A DNA stretch of 64,000 nucleotides from Octopus vulgaris. Its lineage: Eukaryota. Within the stretch, counting starts at the first letter, position 1; every line of letters begins with the position of its first letter. Shown here piece after piece: positions 25,634 to 39,600 of this stretch. The stretch lies in NCBI GenBank assembly GCA_951406725.2, contig OX597821.1:56420001-56484000 (forward strand), given 5' to 3'. Both the position numbers and the translations under genes were made by a program. Under the pieces are notes generated by a model that saw only the letters and a list, made by a program, of their open reading frames with translations, ran no database searches and was not told the DNA's origin.

Positions 25634-26699
25634 ATCAAGACTATAAATGTATGTGGAATATTCAGTTACTTATATGTTAATATATGAGCCGGTAGTTTAT
25701 TTGCCCGAAGGATGGAGCCATATATCGTCTGTACTTCTGACGAGGATCCATCAGAGCTGTACGTACGAGAGCTTGTATATGAGTGTGTAGAGGTATTTAG
25801 TATAGGTATCATGTATCAGTAAACTCACGTATGATAAGTAAGGTACCCAATAACATAAGCTATGAGTACATATTTAAAGCTATCCTTGTCGAAGCACATG
25901 TGCAATATGTTTATGAATCATTCAGTCTTTCTCCCTTTTCCTCTCTCTGTAAATATACAGTATATGTATGTGTATGTGTGTGTCTGTCTGCCTGATTGTC
26001 TGCCTGCCTGCCTGCCTTCCTGTCTATCTGTCTGCCTATTTGCCACTCTGGTTGCCTTACTTCTCCGTCTGTCGTTGCATATCTTTTACTATTTATTTGT
26101 TTCGGTCTTTAACTGCAATCATGCTGGAGCTGTGAGTTGAAGGATTTACTCGAGCTAATCGACTCCGATACTTATCTTTAAATCTAATACTTAATTTGGT
26201 AGACGGAAACTGAAAGAAGCCTATCATATATATATATATATATATACACACATACATATGCATATTTAGGTACAGGACGTCACCAACAGTAAACAAACGA
26301 GTTCAATATGCAAACAACGAGAGAAACAAATGGAAAATAGGACAAATAACACAATGAACGACCCTTCATCATCTGTCGGCTGTCTATCTACCTTCATTTC
26401 GAGCATTGAACGACAATATGAGTCTTCGAAGACAGTTGCTCCGATAAGTACCAAAATGAAATTTTGGATTTATGCATGGTCAAAGTTTGGAACAAAAGCA
26501 GGACAGTGGGGACATACAAAGGACTCAAACGAAAACGAACATGGAGGGTCGTGAGACTAGAACAAGGGGAAAATAGCGAACGCTAGAGAAATATTTTCTT
26601 TCAAAGAGAAAAGATAGAAGAAAGAGATAGAATATGTCCAGTCTTTAGGGCAGTCCTGTAGGAAAAGAAAGATGGGGAGAGAGAGAGAGATAGAAGACG

Positions 26700-26765
<66 letters not shown>

Positions 26766-26986
26766 CATATATGTATATGTGTATGATATGTATATGTGTG
26801 CGTGTCTTTGTGTCTGTGTTTGTCCATCACCACCGCTTGACAACCGGTGTTGGTGTGTTTGCGCCCCAGTAACTTTCCGGTTAGGGCACAGAGAACGGTA
26901 GAATAAATAGACGGCTATAAGAAAAAGTACTGGGCTCCACTAAAAGTTCTTGAAGGTGGTGCCCTAGAATCACCGCAGTCTAATTA

Positions 26987-27048
<62 letters not shown>

Positions 27049-27637
27049 GGGGGAGAGAGAGAGAGGGGAGAGAGAGAGAGAGAGAGAGGGATGACAGGCT
27101 TCTTTCAGATCCACTCAAGGTTTTATTCGGCTCGAGGCTTTAGAAGGAAAACACTTCCACAAGGTGCTTCGCAGTACAACTGGACCCAAACCACATGGCT
27201 GGGAACAAAGTTTCTTACCACACAGCCACACCTTCACCTACGTGTAAATTTGTTTGCGTGTGTGTGCTTGTACGTGTGTGTGTGTGTGTGTGTGTGTTTC
27301 CGTGTGTGACTGTCTTTGTCAGCGGGTGTGTGTGTAGGTGTTGATGGTAGTACACCCTATTGTTTATGGCTTATCTGCTAGAAGTGCTGACGTTTCATAT
27401 AAGAAATATTTCACGTTTATAAATCCTTTATGAAGTTCTTATGCAACTTTCAGGTTTCGTTGATCCGGTCTAGATTGTGCTACATGGAATCTTGTAGAAT
27501 CTTAAGTGCATCATGAAGGGGAATTTATAATGCCATCTTTCATTACCTGAAGTCCACACACACACACACATACACACACACACACACAAACGCACACACA
27601 TACTCACACACACACAGACTCTCTCACACACACACAT

Positions 27638-28281
27638 ACTCTTTACTCTTTTACTCTTTTACTCTTTTACTTGTTTCAGTCATTTGACTGCGGCCATGCT
27701 GCAGCACCGCCAGTACTTATTCTTTCGGTCTCTTTTGCCGAACCGCTAAGTGACGGGGACGTAAACACACCAGCATCGGTTTTCAAGCAATGCTAGGGGG
27801 ACAAGCACAGACACAAACACATACACACACACACATATATATACATATATACGACGGGCTTCTTTCAGTTTCCGTCTACCAAATCCACTCACAAGGCTTT
27901 GGTCGGCCCGAGGCTATAGTAGAAGACACTAGCCCAAGATGCCACGCAGTGGGACTGAACCCGGAACCACATGGTTGATTAGCAAGCTACTTACCACCCA
28001 GCCACTCCTATATTCTTTTATTCTTTTGCTTGGTTCAGTCATATAAAATGCGGCCATACTGCTGCACCACCGTGAAGGTTTTTAGTCGAAGAAAACGACC
28101 CCAGGAATTATTCTTTGTAAGCCTAGTATTTTTTCTGTCGGTGTCTTTTGTCGAACCGCTAAGTTACGGTGACATAAACACACCAGCGTCGGTTTCCAAG
28201 CTATGGCAGGGGACAAATACACACAGACATAAATATAAATACACACACACAAATACATATGTATGTATGTTTGTATGTATG

Positions 28282-28336
<55 letters not shown>

Positions 28337-28470
28337 CTATGTATACGACAGGCTTCCATCAGTCTCCTAACAAATCCGCTCGGCCCGAGGCTATAGTCGA
28401 AGATGCATGCAGTGGAACTAAACTCAGAACTATGTGGTTCGGAGGTAAACTTCCTACCATACAGCCATGC
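27638..28470 (-). mobile_element. Two tandem SINE family A copies (young 27638-28010, older 28012-28470)
   Basis: Both match family A. The first has a (CTCTTTTA)n tail and an internal deletion. Confidence 0.8.
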
Positions 28471-29276
28471 GCGCGAGAGAGAGAGAGAGGGAGTGAAGGA
28501 AGAGAGAGAGAGAGAGAGAAGGAGAGAAAGTGAGAGAGAGTGAAAAGTGAAAGAGTGCGTCTCTGCAAATGTTTAAGTGTATACATAAAATATAGTGTTG
28601 TCGTTGATATTATTTACTCCAGGTCAAGGCGGCGAGCCAAGTCTTCCGACTCTTTACAATCAAAGTTCAAATTCTACTGCAGTCAACTTTACCTATCATC
28701 TTTTCGAGGTAGATGAAATAAGCTCCAGACCAGGTGCATTTGCGCAGACCTAAAGTCCAAATCCTTCCAGCCGTGACTATTCCATACGTTATCCGCAGTC
28801 TTCTTACAAAGCAAGGTGCGACGTGATGGTGTTTTCACTGCTAGATTCAGCAGCCCGAGCAACTGAGTTTTATAGTATTTGTGAATGAACGCTGCATATG
28901 GAGTATCCACACGCAAAAGCAAACGCACTTAGATGCATATAAGTTTGCGTGTGTGTGTGTGGGGGGGGGTGCTTGTATGTCTGTGTATGTATTAAGCGAA
29001 TGTACATCTACGTATACAGGCTCGTATATTTAAATATATTTAAATACTTGTCACATGTTCGCACTTAACAGCACCATTCTTTTCCTTCTGTACGTTCCGC
29101 TATAAATGTTTATTTTAGAAGGCCAAGGCATTTCAATTTATATAAGTGTATACTAACATACATACAGACACATAAATGGTGGTGAGCATGTATGTATGTA
29201 TATATGTATGTATGTGTGTATGTATGTACGTAAGTATGTATGTATGTATGTATTTTGCATGTATGCTTTGTATATA

Positions 29277-29426
29277 GCTGTGTGCTAAGAAGCTTGCTTC
29301 CCAGCCACATGCTTCTGGGTCCAGTTCCACTGCGTGGTACCTTGGGCAAGTGTTTTCTACTATAATGTCGGGCGGACAACAAACTTGTGAATGGATTTGG
29401 TAAATGGAAAGTGAAAGAAGCTCGTC

Positions 29427-29493
<67 letters not shown>

Positions 29494-29509
29494 GGGGGGG
29501 AGTGTCTTT

Positions 29510-29548
<39 letters not shown>

Positions 29549-29745
29549 TTTGTCTCTGTGTTTGTCTCCTATTACCGCTTGACAGTCGGTGTTGATGTGT
29601 TTATGTTCCCGTAACCTGGATGTTCGGCAAAATAGACAGATGGAATAAGTATTGGGTTTAAAATTTGTTCGACTAAAACTTTCAAGGCAGTGCTCCAGAA
29701 TGGCTGCAGTCGACTGACTGAAACAAGTAAAAGAATAAAAGAAAA
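29277..29745 (+). mobile_element. SINE family A, diverged
   Basis: GCTGTGTGCTAAGAAGCTTGC...CCTTGGGCAAGTG...(TA)n(TG)n...GACTGAAACAAGTAAAAGAA. Confidence 0.75.
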
Positions 29746-29758
29746 TGAGAATAGAAGA

Positions 29759-29822
<64 letters not shown>

Positions 29823-30393
29823 GTATGTATGTATGTATGTATGTATGTATGTATGTATTATGCATATATATATGTTGATAGATAGATAGATCAATAGAGA
29901 GGGAGAGAGAGATACACATGTACAAGCACGATCACACAAACACTTAGTCGCATACAAAGTATTTTGTATTCATTCTGTCAACTTTCGTGCGCTACAAACT
30001 TTTAGGAGACACTAATTTTCTTTAAAAATCCAATAATGACAAATTGAGAACTTTTGTTTTATCAATATCCACATCAGTTATTGCCAAGGAAATATCCTAC
30101 GAATCTAAGGACAGAACCTTGTGGTAAGTCCTTAAAGTTTTTCATTTTACTTTTAGCAATCAACATTTACAAAACGTTTCAACCTGTTTATATCAAACTA
30201 CTTTTGCAGCTGTACAAACAGACACATATATAATACACACTCACAGACACACACACACACATACATATAAATATATATATGTGTGTAGTAGACATATGTA
30301 CATCTATCTATCTATCTATCTGTCTATCTATCTATCTATCTATCTGTCTGTCTACTGTCTGTCTATCTATCTATATATATATATATATATATA

Positions 30394-30814
30394 TTACTCT
30401 TTTACTCTTTTACTCCTTTACTTGTTTCAGTCATTTGACTGCGGCCATGCTGGAGCATCGCCTTTAGTCGAGCAAATCGACCCCGGGACTTATTCTTTGT
30501 AAGCCCAGTACTTATTCTATCAGTCCCTTTTGCCGAACCGCTAAGTGACGGGGACGTAAACACACCAGCATCGGTTGTCTAGCAATGCTAGGGGGACAAA
30601 CACAGACACACAAACACACACACATGCATATACATATACATATATATATATACATATATACGACAGGCTTCTTTCAGTTTCCGTCTACCAAATCCACTCA
30701 CAAGGCATTGGTCGGCCCGGGGCTGTAGCAGAAGACACTTGCCCAAGATGCCACGCAGTGGACTGAACCCGGAACCATGTGGTTGGTTAGCAAGCTACTT
30801 ACCACACAGCCACT

Positions 30815-30817
<3 letters not shown>
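30394..30817 (-). mobile_element. SINE family A
   Basis: Full-length match to family A. Confidence 0.85.
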
Positions 30818-30889
<72 letters not shown>

Positions 30890-31313
30890 TTAGTTACGTT
30901 TGGTAGAATAAAAAGTGGATACAGAGCTCACTACACGAGTGGTTTAATTCACTTTCATATTTTACATTTTATTCAACGATAAGCAACAAAAGTGGTCCTC
31001 TTGAGTTACTTTATAACTTTCTACCGATAAAATGTAAAACCAAATAATACATACATACATACATACATACATGCATACAGTGCGTGTATACAAACAGTGT
31101 GGAAACTGCTTATTATCGCGAATAGTTTTACAAAGGCCTACTCTTATTAATATTACATCACGACTCCTGTTATTGAAATTGACGGGCATCTTACACGCTT
31201 ATTATGTTACAACATTCTATAATTCTCTATACAAGACGATTAATGTCATAAAAAAAAACATGTCCGAAATGATCCTAAAACAACTGTTCCAATGTGTAGT
31301 ATTTGTGTACGTG

Positions 31314-31351
<38 letters not shown>

Positions 31352-31740
31352 TATTTGTATGTGTGTGTGTGTGTGTGTGTGTGCGGGTGTATTTGATGTT
31401 ATAATTATATTTTAGTTCAGTGTGAGCGGCTGTGCGTGCAGAGCATTATAAACAAACAGACATTGTTATAAACCAACACACGGGAGCAATGCACACACAC
31501 ACACACACAGACACACAGACACACATTCACGCACCCACACTCATACATACACAGAGAACAACGTGCGCGTGTATATACATTTACGTACACACACATACAC
31601 ACACATATATATATATATATATATACATACGTACACATTTACACAGACATGTATACATACATATACACACACGTATATGTGTGTGTGCGTGTGTATGTAC
31701 ATGTATATTTAACTATGTATCTATATACATGTATATATAG

Positions 31741-31874
<134 letters not shown>

Positions 31875-32547
31875 GTATATATATATATACATATATATAC
31901 ATATATTTATATATATAAATATATGAATATAAATATGTGTGTGTATGAGTGTGTCTGCGTATGAAAGGCAAATATGTGAGAAAATAGTAGAAAATTGATA
32001 TTTACTTATCTGGCCGAGATGTTTTCTTTTGTTTTGTTGGTCTGGTTTTTTTATTCTCTGGTGACGTTATTTTGTTTGTGTTAATTTTTTTTTTGCTTTT
32101 TTTTGTTTTGTTTTTGTTTTGTTGTTGTTGTTTTTTTTTTTATTATTATTATTATTGCGCCTCAGTGACAGTTCGTGGCTTCAAACGGCGAGCGGAAAAA
32201 AAATCCAATAGTTTTAGGAAGCTGGCATCTTATGTGGATCTGTCCGTTCTCAGAACTGAACAGCGTGTGTTGTCGTCAGATAGCGGACTTGCCTTTATTG
32301 CTGCTTCCACTACGCGTGAGAACAAGTGTGAAAGACAAGGAGAGAGAGAAAAGAGCGAGAAAAGAAGAGAGAGAGAGGAAAAGAGAGAAAGAGCGAGAGA
32401 GAAAGAGTGGGTGCAGGAAACGAGAAAGGGAATGTACGTTTGAGTGTATGGTGTTGATGTGTATAAAACCTATATAAAAAGTGATATTTAGAGAGGGAAG
32501 TAGTAAGAGAATGGGGAAAAAGTAAAAGAGAAATGATACAGAGGGTC

Positions 32548-32600
<53 letters not shown>

Positions 32601-32742
32601 TGCGTGTGTGTGTGTGTGTGTGTGAGTAAAAGAATGTCTATGTATGTGATAAAAGCCTGAGTGTAATGATTGTGGAAGAAACTAAAGAAATGGATAAATG
32701 AGAAATATTAAGAAACGGAAAAACAATACTATTAATATTGTT

Positions 32743-32754
32743 TGTAGTAGTAGT

Positions 32755-32830
<76 letters not shown>

Positions 32831-32939
32831 GGTGGTGGTAGTAGTGGTGGTGGTGGTGGTGGTGGTGGTGGCGGCGGTGGTGGTGGTGGTAGTAGTAGTA
32901 GTAGTAGTGGTGGTGGTGGTGGTGGTAGTAGTGGTGGTG

Positions 32940-32973
<34 letters not shown>

Positions 32974-32992
32974 GAGGAGGAGGAGGTGGTGG
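32743..32992. repeat. Compound trinucleotide microsatellite (AGT)n/(GGT)n/(AGG)n
   Basis: Seen directly in the sequence. Confidence 0.95.
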
Positions 32993-33093
32993 AGAGAGAC
33001 ACAGGAGGGTTGCAAGTAAAATTTGAATAAGACTGTAACACTATATTTGTGTGAGTGCATGAGTGTGTGTGTTTAAATACACAAACAGACACG

Positions 33094-33144
<51 letters not shown>

Positions 33145-33451
33145 GAATGTCACACACGCGCATATAATTGCAAACTTCCCACACACACACATATAAGTGT
33201 ATATGTATGATCAAGTATATTAGAATTTATGGGTCCTCGCTGAGTTACTTGCACGCATTGCTTGAAAATATGGGAAAATACTAAGTGGTGTGCATCATAG
33301 GGATAGCCGGGAATATCTCATACACACACACATATATACATATAGATATATACTTATAACACACACATACATACACACATACATACATACACACACGTAT
33401 GTATATATATGTATGTACGTATATTTTTATATATATATATACACATGTATA

Positions 33452-33672
33452 TACTCTTACTCTTACTCTTTTACTTCTTTCAGTCATTTGACTGCGGCCA
33501 TGCTGGAGCACCGCCTTTAGTCGAGCAAATCGACCCCGGGACTTATTCTTTGTAAGCCCAGTACTTATTCTTTCGGTCTCTTTTGCCGAACCGCTAGGTG
33601 ACGCGGACGTAAACACACCAGCATCGGCTGTCGAGCAATACTAGGAGGACAAACACAAACACACAAACATAT

Positions 33673-33745
<73 letters not shown>

Positions 33746-33911
33746 TACGACATGCTTCTTTCAGTTTCCGTCTACCAAATCCACTCACAAGGCATTGGTC
33801 GGCCCGAGGCTATAGCAGAAGACACTTGCCCAGGATGCCACGCAGCGGGACTGAACCCGAAACCATGTGGTTGGTAAGCAAGCTACTTACCACACAGACA
33901 CTCCTGCGCCT
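33452..33911 (-). mobile_element. SINE family A
   Basis: Full-length match to family A. Confidence 0.85.
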
Positions 33912-33974
33912 ATTTTACTGAACCCTAATTATATAATGTAATATATATATACATATATATATATATATACATAT

Positions 33975-34310
33975 AGTGGCTGTGTGGTAAGAAGCTTGCT
34001 TACAAACAACATGGTTCTGGGTTCAGACGCACTGCGTAGCACCATGGGCAAGTGTCTTCTACTATAGCCTCGGGTCAACCAAAGCCTTGTGAGTGGATTT
34101 TGTTGGAAGACGTAAACCGAAAGAGGCTCGTCGTATATGTGCGTGCGCGCGTGCGTGTGTGTGTTTGTATCCCCAACAGCCGACGCTGGTGTGTTTAAGT
34201 CCCCGTACATTAGCGGTTCGGCAAAAGAGGGCGATAGAATAAGTACTATGCTCACAAATAATAAGTACTAGGTTCGACTAAAGGCGGTGGTCCAGCATGA
34301 CTGAAACAAG
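33975..34310 (+). mobile_element. SINE family A, internally deleted, head-to-head with the previous copy
   Basis: AGTGGCTGTGTGGTAAGAAGCTTGCTT...GACTGAAACAAG. Confidence 0.75.
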
Positions 34311-34343
34311 TTATATATATATATATATATATAAATATATTAT

Positions 34344-34462
<119 letters not shown>

Positions 34463-34490
34463 CATATACATATACACACACATGTATATA

Positions 34491-34538
<48 letters not shown>

Positions 34539-34557
34539 TTTTATTTTTATTATTATT

Positions 34558-34960
34558 GCCTTTGCACAGCTTCTAACGCTGAAGATGTACTACAGTGTCA
34601 GCTGTACGTTACCAGTGAACTAAGGTAATACTTCTTATTTTTCGAGCACCTTCCGGAGTATTCGAACGGTTCCAAGCAGTGCTGTTTTCTGCAAGCGTTC
34701 CACCCTTATTGCAGCCCCTATTTGTTTCTCGTAGTTCTCGAGATTTTTCCTCAATGTTTCCAGGGCTCCGACAATTATTGGTACTACTGCTACTGTTTTC
34801 ATCGACCACAACTGCTTAACTTCCCTAGCTAACCTGTCATATCTCTCCACTTTTCTTTCTTCCTTATCGCATACTTTGTTGTCAGCTGGGCATGCTATAT
34901 CTATGATCCAGCATAGTTTGTTTTCTTCAACGATTTGATACAATTATTTCGGTACCAACT
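34558..34960 (-). mobile_element. R4/Dong-like LINE 3' end (restriction-like endonuclease)
   Basis: 'CWIIDIACPAD..KERKVERYDRLAREVKQLW..VVPIIVGAL..LQKTALLGTVRILRKVL'. The 3' end abuts (TAA)n. Confidence 0.85.
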
Positions 34961-35011
34961 CTGTTTGCAACGCAAAGTTATATACACACACACACACACA
35001 CGCACGCAATT

Positions 35012-35075
<64 letters not shown>

Positions 35076-35497
35076 GAGTGAGTGGACAAACGAAAAAAAT
35101 AGCACTCAACAGTAGGAGTTACATCTATATTGAAACATTTCGATTCGGTTCTATGCAACTTAAAGTTTCGCAGGCCTCTACCAGGAGTCCACCTCTTTCA
35201 CGCTTTGGCTTGCCGAAAACCTGAAAGCACCTGAAAGGACTAGGCCTCTTTTAGAGGCCAGCGAAATTTTAATTCGCATTGATCCGAATTTCACTATTTC
35301 AAATAATACGCGTTTGTGTTTGTGTGTGTATGTATGTGTGTGTGTTTACGGAAATAAAAGATGAAGTCAAGTGAAGGAACAACAAGCAGGTGCATTTGTT
35401 TAAGACTCAGGAAGAATGGAAAAGTCTTTGACGTTTCGATCTTTCCCTTCCTCTCTGTCTTTCTTTCTTTCTCTCTCTCTCACACACACACACAAAC

Positions 35498-35573
<76 letters not shown>

Positions 35574-36607
35574 GTATATATATATAATGTATATATATAT
35601 ATGGTGTAAACAGAGTTAGCGATTATAGTAGCCGACTAAGGGATAATATATCTTTATTTATAGTCTGTGTCCGATACCTGTATTATCCCCGGGAAATTTT
35701 GTGCAGAGGAACACCATGAACGTAGAATGCAGATAACAACATGATAAACAAGAATTTATCAATGCAAATAATTAGAAACTGGGGATAAACCACAGATTAA
35801 TGAACACATCCTTTGGACTACATTTATAGCTTATATTTTAATACAAAGTATGACATAACAAATTACGTGACGTAACATATTTTACGACCGTAACTGATCG
35901 GTTGCCAAAATGCATTCTATAAATAAATGCGAGAATTAATTTCTTCTTCATAGGGCATTCGAATTATGGCAACGGATTTCCATCAGAGTAAAAACAAGAG
36001 CATACAATATATGTGTGTGTGTGTATGTGTGTATGTGTATGTGTGTGTTTATGTGTGCGTGTCAGTCTGTGTGTGTGTGTGTGTGTATGTATATATACCG
36101 TACATCACCTACATCAATGCCAGGCTGTAATGAACTGTGTAAGTCTGCCCTTCTTTCGGGAGACTGGAGTGGCACCTTGGGTAAGTGATAACAGCCGCTC
36201 AACCTCCCGTGCGAGGGTTACGTTGAAGACGTCGGCAGTAGAACGCTGGATAACTGACAACGCAGAGAAGTCCTAGACCAACGGCTTGAAGGTTATTACG
36301 ACCAAGAAGGAGATCTGTATCATCAGACAACGGTCGGGCATCTACAAGAAAGCTGCTACTGCAGGTACTATTATTGTCGAGCATGCTCATTGCATTCTTC
36401 TATACTATTTGGCACTTACCGTGGAGACCCAGAAAGTTAGTCTGGTGGGGGATGATGATAACCCCTTTACTCACTGTCTAAAGGTGTTTTGTTGAGAGAA
36501 GTAGAAAACGTGTGGGTATCGAGTAAGCCTTGTATCCCACATACGAGCCTAAATAGAGCAGTCGGCGTCAATCCACGACTGCTAGCCACGATATATACAT
36601 ACATACA

Positions 36608-36697
<90 letters not shown>

Positions 36698-39600
36698 CAA
36701 ATGAGAAAGCAAAAGATAGATAGAAAGAAGAAACAAAGAAAGAAGCAAACAAAAGTTATGTTGTTTAGAAATTTTGTTTTTAACGAGCTTCTTACAATCT
36801 AAGCTAATAGTAAACAGTAAACTTTTTTATTTTTATCATTACAGTTTCTGGACTTTTGCAATCTCATCATCCAATTGCAGTGATTTTGGCGTGTGTTGTA
36901 GCTATGACCGATGTGATTGATATAATGTCAGCATTTGAATTTTGTCCGTCATATTTAGGAACTGTATATTTTAGAGTGGTTCTGTGCTCTGGTTACTGTA
37001 TTCATAACATGTCTACATCTGTCAGGAATTGTGTTGATTAAAGATATTTCATCTACTAAATATTTCTATCAAGTTTTATTTTGTGATATGTGCTGAAATG
37101 CTTTCCTGTTGCAGTTCTCCGAAGTGTATCATGAAGGGAAGAATACTTCTATGACCATTAAAACAAATGGAATCTTAAAATAAACTATATGCATGTTTTA
37201 TAGCTTACGTGTGGAATAAATGTATATGCGATATAAGTGTATACATTTGAAGATAAACTCTTAAGTAAACATCAGTTATAATGCCAACGAATTTATAATT
37301 AGCTGTAGAGTGCTCTCTGCGAATAACTGCCCTGAATTAATTAATATATGCCTTGTGAAATGCATCAGTGTCAAGCCACTGTATACATATATGTACATAC
37401 ATACACACACAACTACACCATATACATACATTTATATAACCATCAAACATATAAACATACGCGCGCGCGCGCATACACATGTATATACATACATTAAAGT
37501 TAATATATATATTGTCGACCCCAGCTCATTGCATTCTTCTATAATATTTGGCACTTGCTGTGAAGACCCAGAGAGGTGGTCTAGTGGGGGAAGACGCCAA
37601 ACCCATTATTCACTGTCTAAATGTGTTTTGTTCAGAGAAGTAGAAATCCTGTGGGTTTCGAGTAAGCCTTATATAAAATACACGCACACTTACACATATG
37701 AATACATACACGGTCATCACAGAGGTCAGCTGTACTGTTGACGTGAATATCTCTTTGAAAATGAAAGAGAAAAAGGGCAACTTCTAGCTTCTATACCCAG
37801 ATTATAAATTCTTCACATATGCACTAATAATAATTGGTGCCCTTGGTTTCGTGAGTAAATGCCTAAGTGACAATCTCGATAAGCTGAGGTGTTCAGAAAA
37901 AGGAACAAATCAACTAATTCGCATTTTAAAAATACATGCAAGTAGAAAAGTAAAAATATGAAAGACTTTTTTCAAGTTTAAAATGTGCCACTGCTTTTGT
38001 TATCTACATTCCAACGGTGGAGCTTTGTATCTTTATTAAAAACTAGCTCCTTCCTCAGAGGACGAATTTAAATAATTTAAACAGCTGGAAACATACATAC
38101 CTATATACAAATATATGAACATATAATAAATTGGGTAACTGTGAGAGTAAAGAGATAATAGAGAAAACGAGTTTATAGAAATAGAGAGAGAGAGAGAGAG
38201 AGATTGAAGAGAGAAGGTAATAAAGAAAGTAGAGATTTAAGTAATATGAAGATGGCGGCCGTTCTGACCCGGATGAACGCATCCCCTATCCACTACGCGT
38301 GCGTTTTTATTAATGTAAGCTTGGATTTTCTTTTCAGTATGTGTGTGCCATATGTGCATGTTATGTATTTTGTGTATGTATATTGGATAATCTGAATTTA
38401 ATCTCATCTATTTATTCACCTGTGTGAATTAGTTTCCTATTGTGAATTGTAGTCCTGAATTTGATGTCGGAATCTGGGTAGCAACAGTGTTTTGTAATAC
38501 TCTTGGGATAGAAGAATTAATGGAGTGTCAATAACTTTCCATTGAGTTCGTGTCTGACGATAATTACACACGCAAAAAGGTGAAAGAAAGGGGGAACATT
38601 TTAGTGTGTGATGAATTTATAATTAGCTGTAGAGTGCTCTCTGCGAATAATTGCCCTGAATTAATTAATATATGCCTTGTGAAATTCATCAGAGTCAAGC
38701 CACTGTATACATATATGCTGTAAACTGCTGGAGAAAAAGAAATGGGTGGCGTAACCTCTGGCACTGCTAAATAAATTGGGTGTGATTTTAGCATAGCTAT
38801 TAAGATATAAGGAAGTATGAGAAGAGTATATAAGTGCTTATCATAGAATTTGGGTAACATAATTGATTGTGATATAAACGAAAAAGTTTGTGATACTCAT
38901 GAAGAAAAGAAAATACGAGTGATGCTACAGACATTTTTAAAGATGAATAATATTCTTTAAAATCCAAATAATAATTGACTAAAAAGAGAATAGACGTGCC
39001 CTGGAGGGCAGAGAATTATTGTTACTTTTCGAATTTATGATTTCATGTTATTTGTCGTGGGTAAAGTGAAGCAATAGTAAGGTTAACAGTTTCAGTTCTA
39101 TACTGCAATTATTTCATTTAGTTTAGAACATGGCCATTTATATTTAGATATCTCTGCTAGTCAAAATACTAAAGAAATCTGTCCGACACACTATAAATTA
39201 TTCGAATATGTTCTTCTAACTCCTGAGTTCAAATCTCGTTAATTGGTCTCGTGATGAGCTAAGATTAGAGGTTTACAAAGCATAGTTTCCTGTACCGTTC
39301 CTTGGTTTTCAAACACTATAGGTGGCAATAATTTATTTTGTCATTCCTGACCGATATAAATCAACAACATATAAATGAAATAAAAAAAAGAGCACACACG
39401 ATATTTATCGTAGTCGCAGTCGAGCTCGTATGTGACAAATACGCAATCGAAGCGTGATTTTCTTGATGATAACTGTCCCTAATTTAGACAAGAAGATAGC
39501 AATTTTGAGGGTGGAGGTTAGTCGATACCATCGATCTTGTTAGGCGATAACGTTTACGTTGGTACTTGATGGGTACCTTATTTTATCGATTTCGGAAGTA

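Noticed and set aside
32638-33128. Poly-Ser/Gly, poly-Pro and poly-His ORFs
   Set aside because: They come from a compound trinucleotide microsatellite that is open in several frames on both strands, with no exon context.
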